A stretch of DNA of 64,000 bases from Nitrospirota bacterium (GCA_963703955.1 CAVPGK010000017.1:192001-256000), one strand, 5' to 3'; shown: positions 52,185-61,929, numbered from the stretch's first letter. Program-made: numbers and translations. Notes: a model not told the origin generated them from the letters alone.

Positions 52185-52597
52185 TATTCCAGACGCGCCT
52201 GCTGAGATCGCGCCCACACCATCCCCGTCTGCTCATTCGAGGTGAATCCCAGCTTTTCATAGAAAGCTTGTTTGTCGCGCGTGTTGAGCCAGAAGAGTTC
52301 GACCCGTTTCAGGTCGGGGTGGTGCAGGATGCGTTCCATGATCTGCGTGCCGACGTCCTGGCCCTGATAGTCCGGGTGCACGATGACGTCCCAGATGGAG
52401 GCTCGGTAGACGTAGTCGGTCAAGACGCGGCCGAAGCCGACCAGGCAATCGCCGTCCCACGCGGACACGGCCAGATCGGTCTGGGCCAGCATCTGACGCG
52501 CGTCCTCCACCGTGCGTCCCTTGGCCCAGGGGGCCTGGGTGTACAAGGTGACGAGATGGGCAGGGTCAAAATCCTTGCGCTCGGAGAAGGTAATCAT
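52184..52597 (-). CDS. GNAT N-acetyltransferase
   Basis: DVIVHPDYQGQDVG, FYEKLGF. Confidence 0.92.
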   Translation of the reverse strand: MITFSERKDFDPAHLVTLYTQAPWAKGRTVEDARQMLAQTDLAVSAWDGDCLVGFGRVLTDYVYRASIWDVIVHPDYQGQDVGTQIMERILHHPDLKRVELFWLNTRDKQAFYEKLGFTSNEQTGMVWARSQQARLE

Positions 52598-52662
52598 GGT
52601 CTTGAGAGACGCGCCTTTCTTGTATTAGATTAGTCCATCTCGGTCACTCCAAGGATGATGCG

Positions 52663-52839
52663 ATGACAAAGGTGAGAACTTGTCCCACGTGCGGGAAATT
52701 GATCTGGCTCAAGGACGGAGACTTTGAGATGGTGGATGAGAACACGTTGCGCACGAAGTGCCCTCACTGTCAGGAGACGGTCCGGTTCAAGTTGGTGACG
52801 GAGGGGTCGAATGCCGCCGGGCCGAAAATGGGCCATTAG
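52663..52839 (+). CDS. 58-aa zinc-ribbon protein (not in ORF track)
   Basis: SD AAGGA; MTKVRTCPTCGKLIWLKDGDFEMVDENTLRTKCPHCQETVRFKLVTEGSNAAGPKMGH. Confidence 0.75.
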   Translation: MTKVRTCPTCGKLIWLKDGDFEMVDENTLRTKCPHCQETVRFKLVTEGSNAAGPKMGH

Positions 52840-52851
52840 TCCTCGGCCCTG

Positions 52852-53274
52852 TCACATCCCCCGTCCCGCGCCTTCCAGTTCGGGTTGATTGCCGGGGAGA
52901 ATTCTATTGAGCGCGGTCCGGTAGTCAGCCATCCGTTTTTCTTCCGCCGACGTCACCGCAATCTCCTTGTCGCGCTGCATAACCTCCAGATGATCCAGGA
53001 TTGAGAGCAGCGGCTGAACCGCGCTGAGTAACCGCCCCCCCTCGAAGGCTTCCAACGATTCAATAAACTGGTCATTGAACCGGCGGTAGACAGATGTGCT
53101 GCTCCGGCTCCGAAAGCGATAGACCATCTGTTCGTAGGCCGCCACCGCCTCAGGGGTCGGCTTGAACCCGCTTGGGGCGACGGCGAGATGGACGACGGCC
53201 GGCAGTTTTGCCGCGAAAATCTTGAGGGCGGACACCAAACTGCCGAGAATTTCCAGCGCGTCGCTTGTCGTCAC
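52852..53274 (-). CDS. Hypothetical alpha-helical protein
   Basis: Clean 140-aa ORF downstream of rluD. Confidence 0.7.
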   Translation of the reverse strand: MTTSDALEILGSLVSALKIFAAKLPAVVHLAVAPSGFKPTPEAVAAYEQMVYRFRSRSSTSVYRRFNDQFIESLEAFEGGRLLSAVQPLLSILDHLEVMQRDKEIAVTSAEEKRMADYRTALNRILPGNQPELEGAGRGM

Positions 53275-53332
53275 AGCGTGGTCTCGCGGGGGAGTGATGA
53301 CACTTACCGTGTCGGCGATGTGGTGTCAAGCG

Positions 53333-54286
53333 TCACCGGACCGTGCCGATCGCCTGATGAAGCGCGAACACGACTCGATCCATGTCCGGAGGGATCTGGG
53401 CTGTGAAGACCAGGTCGCGGCCGGAGGTCGGATGCTTGAAGCCGAGGGTGCGCGCATGCAACATCACGCGGGGGATCGATACGTCTTCCAGTTGCCGCAC
53501 CTTTCGGCCGCCATAGGTGGGATCTCCCAGCACCGGATGCCCGAGCGATTCAAGATGAACCCGGATCTGGTGCGTGCGGCCGGTAACGGGGAGCAGCATC
53601 ACGCGGGTGGCGAGCTTACCGATCCGCTCCATGACCCGATAGGCCGTCGCTGATTCTTTGGGCCGTGTAGTTCTGGCTGAGAATTTTTTGCGTTCCTTCG
53701 TGTCCCGCCCGATCGCCAAGACGATGGTGCCCTCCGATTTTTTCAATGTCCCCGACACCAGCGCTTCATACTCGCGGGTGATACTGTGCTGCTTGAACTG
53801 GGCGGCCAGGATGCGATGAGCCTGGTCCGTCTTGGCAATCACCATCACGCCGGAAGTTTCCTTATCAAGCCGATGGACCAAGCCCGGCCGTTCTTTCCCG
53901 CCGATGGTGGACAGTGAACCGCCGGGCCTGGCGAAGTGATGGAGCAGGGCATTGACGAGGGTGCCCGACCAGTGACCGGGGGCGGGATGGACCACCAACC
54001 CCGCCGGCTTGTTAAGGACCAGCACGGCCTCATCCTCGTACATCACGTCCAGCGGAATCGGTTCCGGTTTGAGCGCCAACGGCTCGGGTCGAGGAATCTC
54101 CAGCACGATTCGATCGCCCGGTTTAATTTTCTGGCTGGGCTTGGCGCCGCCGCCGTTCACGGTGATACGGCCGTCCATGATCAGGCGCTGGAGCGCGGAC
54201 CGAGAGAGCGTCGGCTCGCGCTTGGCAAGAAAGAGGTCCAGGCGCTTGGGCGCTTCCCCGGGTGTAATGACCAGTTCCATACGCAT
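53333..54286 (-). CDS. rluD: RluA/RluD family pseudouridine synthase
   Basis: S4 domain, NKPAGLVVHP, HRLDKETSG, TGRTHQIRVH. Confidence 0.93.
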   Translation of the reverse strand: MRMELVITPGEAPKRLDLFLAKREPTLSRSALQRLIMDGRITVNGGGAKPSQKIKPGDRIVLEIPRPEPLALKPEPIPLDVMYEDEAVLVLNKPAGLVVHPAPGHWSGTLVNALLHHFARPGGSLSTIGGKERPGLVHRLDKETSGVMVIAKTDQAHRILAAQFKQHSITREYEALVSGTLKKSEGTIVLAIGRDTKERKKFSARTTRPKESATAYRVMERIGKLATRVMLLPVTGRTHQIRVHLESLGHPVLGDPTYGGRKVRQLEDVSIPRVMLHARTLGFKHPTSGRDLVFTAQIPPDMDRVVFALHQAIGTVR

Positions 54287-54498
54287 GTCCGATCCACTGG
54301 CTGCCGATGGTGATAGCGTGAATTCTCGATTCAGGCCGATCGCAGCGTCAAGCCTCGCTTCATGGCGACCCCCGCGCGGTGGTGCTTCTGAGCATTGAAC
54401 TGGTTGATCTGCGCCACATGCTTTGACCTGCCGAGGCGTCGTTGCGCGCACGACCGCGTAACTGCGCCTCCTCGATCGGTTTCCAACAACACGGTCAG

Positions 54499-54514
54499 TG
54501 GTCTCCGCCTTGCA
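54499..54514 (+). promoter_or_regulatory. Sigma-54 promoter of receiver 1
   Basis: TGGTCTCCGCCTTGCA; counterpart conserved at 57071-57086. Confidence 0.65.
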
Positions 54515-54567
54515 GAGAAATATCGACGAGGCGCCGCGATAATACAACCAATTATGGAGGAAAGACT

Positions 54568-54990
54568 ATGGCCTGGCTGGTGAGTGAGCGGTCCGTAGAG
54601 GGACGAATATTGGTTGTCGATGATGAGGAGTCGATCAGAAAGACGGTCGGACTGTCGCTCACCAAAGCGGGGTATGACGTGCGAGAAGCCGAGGACGGCG
54701 GCAAGGCGATTGAAATTCTCAATTCGGGAGACAACCCGATGATGGTGGACGTCATCATTTGCGACATTCGCATGCCTAAGATCGATGGCGTCGAAGCCAT
54801 CGCCTACTTTCGGACTCAATACCCTTCAACTCCTGTGATCGTCCTCACTGGATACCCGGACCCCGACCTGTCGACCTGTTTGCTGAAAGACGGCGTCGTG
54901 GAATACCTGGTCAAGCCGGTTGAACGCCAGAAGTTGATCGGGACGGTCAAGAACGCGATGGAGAAGCGGCGGATCAGTTTCTACCCGTAG
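54568..54990 (+). CDS. Single-domain response regulator 1
   Basis: VVDDE, CDIRMPKIDG, LTG, LVKP; SD GGAGG. Confidence 0.94.
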   Translation: MAWLVSERSVEGRILVVDDEESIRKTVGLSLTKAGYDVREAEDGGKAIEILNSGDNPMMVDVIICDIRMPKIDGVEAIAYFRTQYPSTPVIVLTGYPDPDLSTCLLKDGVVEYLVKPVERQKLIGTVKNAMEKRRISFYP

Positions 54991-55014
54991 CCCGGATTAT
55001 TCATGACCACCTAC

Positions 55015-55150
55015 TGCTTGGGAAGAGGCGCGTCTTGGCGCGCCTGGGGTGGGCGGGTGAAGATGGGGAAGAGGCGCGTCTCTGGGCAAAGAGACCGCCT
55101 GGTGGGCTCTGGGTTGGGCGGGTGAAATAGCGCCTGGGGAGGGGGTGTGA
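55015..55150. repeat. GC-rich interspersed repeat module (tandem)
   Basis: GGGAAGAGGCGCGTC occurs twice; related to 52039-52080 and 57645-57715. Confidence 0.65.
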
Positions 55151-55331
55151 GGGTTCGCCGAGCCTCAAGACCCTGCCGCCTCACCGACGCGGCGACGTCC
55201 ACAAGCATGACGAGCCCTATTTCTCGGGTCGCACACCTTCGCGGCGGCGATCATGAGTAGTCCGACCAGCGCGGCGGGGGTTGGAGAAAGACGATGGTTC
55301 GTTTCCACCCGGTGCACCGGTCAATGCATGC

Positions 55332-55346
55332 CGGATTTCTAATTGC
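55332..55346 (+). promoter_or_regulatory. Candidate sigma-54 promoter of DUF3365 gene 1
   Basis: CGGATTTCTAATTGC (GG-N10-GC). Confidence 0.45.
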
Positions 55347-55390
55347 GTTTGTTGGGCAGGAGGTGACATGATGATTTCAGAGGTGATGTC

Positions 55391-55981
55391 ATGATTTTGA
55401 GGACGTTTGTGTGGGTGGCAGTGGGTACCATGATCGCAGTGCTAGGTTATTGGGGTATTTCATCAGGAGCAAGGGACTCGAACGGTGAGGTCGGAATTCC
55501 TCCGGAGACCGTGGCAGATTATCTACACGCTGTGATCCAAGCGGACCGGACCGTTTATACAACCCATATCGTGGAGCGGATGCAGATCAAGGGTATCGTG
55601 GTGGCCTCAGAAAACTGGGAGCAGCGCAATACCTTGCCCTTGCCGGCCCAGTTCCTGAAGGAAGCGGCCCGGTTGGTCACGGAAAACAGGGTTGGGGTTC
55701 GATACCGGCTTTCGAGTCTCTGGCCTATCAATGAACAGAATGGTCCGGTGACCGACTTCGAGCGAAAAGGACTCGGGGAGGTCCTGGTGAATCCAGATCG
55801 TCCGCATACCGGAATCGTTACAAGCAGCCGGGGCCGATATTTCCAAGCCGTCTACGCCGACAGGGCTATCTCTCAGACCTGCGTGGGGTGCCACAACACT
55901 CACCCCAATAGTCCGAAGCGTGACTTCAAGCCGAATGACGTCATAGGTGCAATCGTCATCACCATTCCGTTGGGTCCATAG
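55391..55981 (+). CDS. DUF3365/Tll0287-like mono-haem c protein 1
   Basis: N-terminal TM, LPLPAQF, SLWPIN, CVGCH. Confidence 0.88.
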   Translation: MILRTFVWVAVGTMIAVLGYWGISSGARDSNGEVGIPPETVADYLHAVIQADRTVYTTHIVERMQIKGIVVASENWEQRNTLPLPAQFLKEAARLVTENRVGVRYRLSSLWPINEQNGPVTDFERKGLGEVLVNPDRPHTGIVTSSRGRYFQAVYADRAISQTCVGCHNTHPNSPKRDFKPNDVIGAIVITIPLGP

Positions 55982-56217
55982 GTGGCCCACACAGAGGTGA
56001 ATGGCGGCGTTCGGCCATCCCGTATATCATGTGGTTCTATGGGGGTCCCCTTGTAGCGACCTGATCCAGATCGGGCCAAGGAGCAAGGAACAAGCGTCCT
56101 CCGTTCGTCTTTGATAGCGTGGCTGATGGACGGAGGTGACCACAATGAATTCCGCATCCTACGGACGAACGACTGGGCAAAGCCTGGCGCTTCTGTGAGA
56201 CATCGAGGGAGGTCACT

Positions 56218-56901
56218 ATGAAATCCGAAAAATTATTGTGGGGAGCCATCGTTCTCGGGAAGGGGCATGTCCAATTGAACGCCGGTCAGCCGAGACTTCG
56301 CGGCTACGGAACGCGCCTGGGATGGGTGGGTGCAATCTGTGTTTTGGTTTTAGTCGGAGCCAACGTAAGCCTGCCTGGGGCGGCTACGACTCCGGGACCG
56401 TCGGTCGGGGTCAGCCTTCCGGTCGAGACGGTCGCAGATTACGTCCATGCCGTAATCGAGGCAGACCGGGACATTTACACAAGACATGTCGTCGAAAGAA
56501 TGCAAACGAAAGGTGTCGTGGTCGCTTCGGAGAACTGGTTGGAGAAGAACACGCTGCTGTTACCGGCCCAGTTCTTGATGGAGTCGGGCCGATTGATTGA
56601 GAAAAAGGGGATCGGCATTCGATACCGGCTGATTAGCCTATGGCCGATCAATCAACGGAACGCTGCGGCTACGGATGTCGAGCAGGCAGGGCTCACGGAA
56701 GTGATCTCGCAGCCGAACCGTCCTTATGTGGGATTCGTCGAAAACGAAGGAAGCCGGTATTTCTACGCAATCTATGCCGACAAGGCCATCTCCCAGGCCT
56801 GCATTGGATGCCACAACGCGCATCCCAACAGTCCGAAAAAGGATTTCAAGTTGAATGACGTGATGGGCGGGATTATCATCAGCATTCCATTGGGTCAGTA
56901 G
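56218..56901 (+). CDS. DUF3365/Tll0287-like mono-haem c protein 2
   Basis: LLLPAQF, SLWPIN, CIGCH. Confidence 0.88.
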   Translation: MKSEKLLWGAIVLGKGHVQLNAGQPRLRGYGTRLGWVGAICVLVLVGANVSLPGAATTPGPSVGVSLPVETVADYVHAVIEADRDIYTRHVVERMQTKGVVVASENWLEKNTLLLPAQFLMESGRLIEKKGIGIRYRLISLWPINQRNAAATDVEQAGLTEVISQPNRPYVGFVENEGSRYFYAIYADKAISQACIGCHNAHPNSPKKDFKLNDVMGGIIISIPLGQ

Positions 56902-56957
56902 GCCGACTGCGCAACACGGTGGTCATCAGGTGGGAACGGGTCCGGCTTGCGCATATG

Positions 56958-57086
56958 AGCAGAGTTGTGGTGCATCTGCACCAAATGAAATGAGGGGTCC
57001 GGCGGAGCGCCAGTTTTTCACGAGGACATAAGTGAGCACCGTTTCGATCAATTTCCGACATTGCAGGGGATGGTCTCGACCTTGCA
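56958..57086 (+). promoter_or_regulatory. Sigma-54 promoter of receiver 2 with NtrC-like upstream sites
   Basis: TGGTCTCGACCTTGCA at 57071; AGCAGAGTTGTGGTGCA and TGCACCA about 90-110 bp upstream. Confidence 0.6.
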
Positions 57087-57142
57087 AAATACTCAGTTCG
57101 AGTGCTACGTAATATTCCACCTATTCCAACAAGGAGGCTGTC

Positions 57143-57562
57143 ATGGCATGGCTGTTGAGTGATAAACCCGTCGAAGGTCGTGTGTTGGTTATTGATGATG
57201 AGGAGCAGATTAGGAAAGTCGTCGGCATCGGGCTCAAAAAGGCCGGCTATGACGTCGAAGAGGCCGAGGACGGCGGCAAGGCGATCGAGGTGCTGAATGC
57301 AGGTGAGAACCCCATGATGGTGGATGTCATCATTTGTGACATTCGTATGCCGAAAATCAATGGGACAGAAGCCATTGCCTATTTTCGGACTCAATATCCT
57401 TCCATTCCCGTCATCGTGTTGACCGGCTATCCGGATGTCCAATTGGCGACCTCGCTGCTGAAGGCCGGCGTGGTCGAGTACCTGACCAAACCGGTGGATC
57501 GCGACAAACTGGTCAGTGCGGTCAAGAACGCGATAGAAAAGCGTGAAATGTTCACATCGTAG
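57143..57562 (+). CDS. Single-domain response regulator 2 (paralogue of 54568)
   Basis: MAWLLSDKPVEGRVLVIDDEE, CDIRMPKING. Confidence 0.94.
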   Translation: MAWLLSDKPVEGRVLVIDDEEQIRKVVGIGLKKAGYDVEEAEDGGKAIEVLNAGENPMMVDVIICDIRMPKINGTEAIAYFRTQYPSIPVIVLTGYPDVQLATSLLKAGVVEYLTKPVDRDKLVSAVKNAIEKREMFTS

Positions 57563-57764
57563 GACAGTCCGTCACGAAACAGTATGATGATGTTGTGGTG
57601 TCCCCCTGGTTCAGCTATCATCGGGCCAGGGGGCACGTGCGTTGGGGAGGAGAGTCTCGCGTCCCTGGGCAGAGAGCCCGCCTTGGTGGCCTCAGGGTTG
57701 GGTGGCCGTGTTGAAATTGGCAAGGAGTGTATCTAACCCCGCTTGGGGCAGGAGGATGAAATAG

Positions 57765-58799
57765 ATGGAGGCTGATCCGCCGATCAGAGTGCTGATTCTC
57801 GGCGCGGGCAAAGGCGGGACGGCACTGCTTGAGCTGCTCACAAGCGCCGGTGTGGAAGTGACCGGGGTGGCCGACATCAACCCCAAGGCCCCGGGGTTGC
57901 GCATGGCTCGCAACCTGAACATTCCCACGGCCTCAGACGCAGAGTCGTTCATTGGATTGAACGGGACCAACCTGATCGTCGATGTGACGGGTGATCCCCT
58001 CATGCCGGCACGGATCGCGGCCAAGAAGCCGGCCGAGGCGGAGAGCATCGGCGGGACGGCGGCGCGACTGCTCTGGAAGTTGGTTCAGCGCGAGCAAGAA
58101 CTGCGCGCGCAACTGATCCAGTCGGAAAAACTGGCGACCCTGGGACTCTTCGCCGCGGAGGTGGCGCACGATTTCAACAACCCGCTTTACTCCATTCGTG
58201 AATTTGCTCAATTCATCCAGGAGGAACAAGACCCAGCGCGGATGCGGGAATACGCGCAAGAGATTTGGAAAGCGGTGACCTACCTCTCCTCGGTGGCCCA
58301 TCGCCTCACCCAGTATGCGCGGTCGGGCCGGTCGGACAGGCCGGCGTCAGGGATCCTGGACATTCCGGATCTTCTCGACCAGGCGGTCACGCTGGCAAGA
58401 TACTCCGTCTCCACCGATGAATTGGAGGTGGTCAAAGAGTACGGCCATGTCCCGGCCATCCGCGCGAACTCAGGAGAGCTCCTCCAGATTCTTGTGAATC
58501 TGGTGACCAATGCCGTGCAGGCGATGAGCGGGAGAGGACGCTTGACGCTCACCACCGCCGCGCGCCAGGGTTGGATCACGATTACGATCCGGGATACCGG
58601 CTCGGGTATTTCGGTGGCCAATCTGGAAAAGATTTTTACCCCGTTCTTTACGACCAAAGGCAACAAGGGAACCGGCCTGGGTCTCTACATCGTGGAGACC
58701 CTGGTGAAAAAATACGGCGGCCGGATCAGGGTCTCGAGCGAAGAAGGGAAAGGCTCCACGTTCACCATTGAGTTCCCGGAGGCCGGCTCCGGCGCATGA
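57765..58799 (+). CDS. Cytoplasmic histidine kinase with N-terminal Rossmann-like domain
   Basis: ILGAGKGG...VAD dinucleotide-binding motif; AHDFNNPL, DTGSG, FFTTK, GTGLGL; no TM. Confidence 0.9.
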   Translation: MEADPPIRVLILGAGKGGTALLELLTSAGVEVTGVADINPKAPGLRMARNLNIPTASDAESFIGLNGTNLIVDVTGDPLMPARIAAKKPAEAESIGGTAARLLWKLVQREQELRAQLIQSEKLATLGLFAAEVAHDFNNPLYSIREFAQFIQEEQDPARMREYAQEIWKAVTYLSSVAHRLTQYARSGRSDRPASGILDIPDLLDQAVTLARYSVSTDELEVVKEYGHVPAIRANSGELLQILVNLVTNAVQAMSGRGRLTLTTAARQGWITITIRDTGSGISVANLEKIFTPFFTTKGNKGTGLGLYIVETLVKKYGGRIRVSSEEGKGSTFTIEFPEAGSGA

Positions 58800-58808
58800 C
58801 GTCACCAT

Positions 58809-61250
58809 ATGACACCTGAACGCAAGCGCGCACGATGGGGTCTGAAGGGGAAGCTCATTACTGCGATGCTGCTGGTCGGGGCGGCGCCCCTCCTGATCGG
58901 CCTCGGCATGGCCTTTCTCCAGGGGACTCGGGAACTGCATGAAGCGGCTGGGGCCAGTTTTGCGATTCTGGCCAGTGAGTCCGCGAGGGCCCTCGATCTG
59001 GTCTTCAGCGACGAGCTGATGCGGACCACCCGTATTAGCACCAATCGGACTGTCGTAAAGACCCTGGAGGAACGCGACGACTACCTGCAGCAGCTTGATG
59101 AGCAAACGCGCGTCAAGGAGATCGAATCCGCCGCGAGTCGGTGGGAGGTCCGTGACGCGGCCCTGATCCGAGCCGTCACTGGAGGGAAGATCGCCGACCT
59201 GCTGAAGCAGCAGGTGGCCAGGCCGGACGAGAGTGCCGGTCCCATTCTCCCGGCGGCGACACGAGCGGCGACCCGGGCTTTGTTCCTCACCGATTCCTCA
59301 GGGGCGCTGGTCGCCAGCACGCATGAAGATGTCAACTATTCCCATGCCGATGAGTCGTGGTGGAAAAGCGCCTACCAAAACGGCGTCGGCCAGCCGCATC
59401 TGGCCAATATCGTGTTCGACAAGCGACTCGGGGTCTATGTCTTTCACCTTTCTGTTCCGGTGATGGACAACATCCGATACCGGGCCGTCGGCGTGCTGCA
59501 TCGGGTGTTTGACGCCAAAGAGTATTTGGGGCCCTCGCTCTTCCCCATACGATTCGGGAAGACCGGCCATGTCATGCTGATCGACAGCAACGGCATTGTC
59601 ATGCTCTGTCCCATCCTTCCCACGGGAGTCCGCTTACCGGATGCGGATCTGGTCGGGCTCGTGACCCCGTTGCAGTCGGCATGGGTCAAGGCACCCACGG
59701 ACGGTCACGGCGGTCAATCCACATCGATCATCGGATTCTCTCCTCTTCCCGGCACCTCCCGTCTAACCAGGCTCTCCACTGGGACCACTTGGCACACGTT
59801 TGTGTGGGAGGCCTCAGAGGAACTGTTTGCGCCGACCCGGCATTTCTTTGGATGGGTCGCGGGCTTCGGACTGGTCGCCTTGGCCTTGCTCGGTGCGCTG
59901 GGGTATGTGGCCTCGGTCCGCATCGTAACCCCGATCCGCCGCCTGCAAGAAAGCGCCACACTGATCGGCCGGGGGGAATTGAAGGAGCCCATCTCGATTC
60001 GAACCGGAGACGAGTTAGAGCAATTGGCCGATGAGATGACCCGCATGAACGCCCAATTGATGCGAACCTTCACAGGGCTATCCGACACCGTGGAAGAGCA
60101 AGCGAAGGAAGTGCGGTCTCTGCAGATCATGAACCAACAGATTCTGGAAAGCGTCCCCAATCCCATTGTCCTCCTCAGTCAAGACGGGCAGGTGGACTAC
60201 CTCAATAACGCCGCGCACCAGGCGTTCGCCGTCTCGGACGGACAGTCGATCGGCCGGCCGCTGGAAAGGCTGCTCGGCCTGGATCAGTCGGGGGTCCGTC
60301 GGCTTGCAACAGAGTTGGGCGCGCAGTCGGATGGGATCGCGCTGGCACAGTTGGGGGATACCGTCGAGGATGCCAGAGATCCGCTCGCGCCACGACCCAG
60401 TTCAGACTGGCACCGGGGCAGCTCGGAGCTGCGGATCAATCACCGCATCTATCGGTATCAATGGTTTAGACTCAATACGCAGCGGGGTGAGCAGGCGCGG
60501 ATCGGTCTCATGTTTCAAGATGTCACCGACGAACGGCGGTTGCAGGAAAGGGTCGTCCAAGCGGAAAAGTCGTCGGGACTGTCCTTGTTGGCGTCCGGCA
60601 TCGGTCACGAATTGAACAACCCGCTGTCCGGTATTCTGGGATTGAGTGAAGCGATCGCGGATGAATCGGACCTGGCGGTCATCAAAGACCATGCAAAGAC
60701 GGTCGTGGAGCAAGCCAAACGCATGGCGGATGTCATTCAGGGATTGACCGGCCAAGGTCGTGAACGTGCCCCGAGCAGCGCGGCGAAAGTCGAGCTGAAT
60801 GCGCTCATTGAGGAGGTCGTTGCGCAGGTGCGTTCCGCCGGCGCAGCCACCGGAGTCGACATCCGGACGCGCTTGGGGCCTTTGTCCGTGATTCAGGCTC
60901 AGCCTGACGAGATTCGCCAAGTCCTCGTGAACGTTCTCACCAATGCCATCCAAGCCATGAACGGGAAGGGACTGCTGGAGCTGACGACAGAGATAGGCGA
61001 TGGGCAGGTCTCTATCAAGATTCGGGACAGCGGCTGCGGTATTCCGATGACCTATCTGCCCAAGGTATTCGATCCCTTCTTTACCACGAAGCGGCAGGGC
61101 CAGGGCAGAGGTCTAGGACTGACGACGGCTCGCCGTATCGTCGAGAGCGTCGGCGGAGAGATCAGTATCGCATCGCAGGAAGGTCAGGGCACCACCGTCC
61201 AGATCACGTTCCCGGTCGTGGAGCTGAGTGAAAGTCGGAGGGTGTCATGA
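58809..61250 (+). CDS. Membrane histidine kinase (Cache-like, HAMP, PAS, HisKA, HATPase)
   Basis: Two TMs, DELEQLA, GHELNNPL, FDPFFTTK, GRGLGL. Confidence 0.92.
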   Translation: MTPERKRARWGLKGKLITAMLLVGAAPLLIGLGMAFLQGTRELHEAAGASFAILASESARALDLVFSDELMRTTRISTNRTVVKTLEERDDYLQQLDEQTRVKEIESAASRWEVRDAALIRAVTGGKIADLLKQQVARPDESAGPILPAATRAATRALFLTDSSGALVASTHEDVNYSHADESWWKSAYQNGVGQPHLANIVFDKRLGVYVFHLSVPVMDNIRYRAVGVLHRVFDAKEYLGPSLFPIRFGKTGHVMLIDSNGIVMLCPILPTGVRLPDADLVGLVTPLQSAWVKAPTDGHGGQSTSIIGFSPLPGTSRLTRLSTGTTWHTFVWEASEELFAPTRHFFGWVAGFGLVALALLGALGYVASVRIVTPIRRLQESATLIGRGELKEPISIRTGDELEQLADEMTRMNAQLMRTFTGLSDTVEEQAKEVRSLQIMNQQILESVPNPIVLLSQDGQVDYLNNAAHQAFAVSDGQSIGRPLERLLGLDQSGVRRLATELGAQSDGIALAQLGDTVEDARDPLAPRPSSDWHRGSSELRINHRIYRYQWFRLNTQRGEQARIGLMFQDVTDERRLQERVVQAEKSSGLSLLASGIGHELNNPLSGILGLSEAIADESDLAVIKDHAKTVVEQAKRMADVIQGLTGQGRERAPSSAAKVELNALIEEVVAQVRSAGAATGVDIRTRLGPLSVIQAQPDEIRQVLVNVLTNAIQAMNGKGLLELTTEIGDGQVSIKIRDSGCGIPMTYLPKVFDPFFTTKRQGQGRGLGLTTARRIVESVGGEISIASQEGQGTTVQITFPVVELSESRRVS

Positions 61251-61834
61251 AACAGGACATGCGTGGTCGACGAGGGGCGGCCATGCTCATGCTGGCGGCG
61301 ATTTGCAGCCTCTTGATCGCAGCCAAGAACTCGACCCCTTCACATGGCATCCCGCCTGAAACGGTCGCAGACTGGATCCATGCCGTGATCGAGGCCGATC
61401 GAGCAATCTATTCACAACACGTGGTGGAACGGATGCAATCGAAGGGTATCGTGACCGCGTCCGAAAACTGGGAGGGGCAGAATACCTTGCCGCTGCCGGC
61501 TCAATTTCTCATTGAGGCCGCTCGGCTGGTCGGAAAGAAGGAAAACGGCATTCGCTACCGACTCGTGAGTCTGTGGCCGATCTACGAACGAAACGGCCCG
61601 GCAACGGAGTTTGAGCGGACTGCGCTGGAGGCCGTTCAAAAACACCGAAACAAGCCTTACACCGGCTACGTCGAAAGCGGGCGACGACGATACTTTCAGG
61701 CCATTTACGGCGACATCGCGGTGGCACAGGCCTGTATCGGCTGTCACAACACCCATCCCAACAGTCCACGACGCAACTTCAAGTTGAACGATGTAATGGG
61801 CGGAATCGTCATCACCATTCCAGTGGATCAATAG
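61247..61834 (+). CDS. DUF3365/Tll0287-like mono-haem c protein 3
   Basis: Signal peptide, LPLPAQF, CIGCH; ATGA overlap with the kinase. Confidence 0.88.
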   Translation: MKQDMRGRRGAAMLMLAAICSLLIAAKNSTPSHGIPPETVADWIHAVIEADRAIYSQHVVERMQSKGIVTASENWEGQNTLPLPAQFLIEAARLVGKKENGIRYRLVSLWPIYERNGPATEFERTALEAVQKHRNKPYTGYVESGRRRYFQAIYGDIAVAQACIGCHNTHPNSPRRNFKLNDVMGGIVITIPVDQ

Positions 61835-61929
61835 AAGGGCAGACAAGGAGGTCCGGCCCGGTTCGGCCGGTCCTTGCGGGTGAGTAGGGAGGTCGATGTC
61901 GCCGGCCGAATATCCGGTGGAGAAACCGC

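Noticed and set aside
51170..52633. 487-aa plus-strand ORF
   Set aside because: Off-frame overlap with znuB, read-through of a MITE and antisense to the GNAT gene; typical GC-rich shadow ORF
52630..52836. 68-aa minus-strand ORF
   Set aside because: Antisense shadow of the better supported zinc-ribbon ORF 52663-52839
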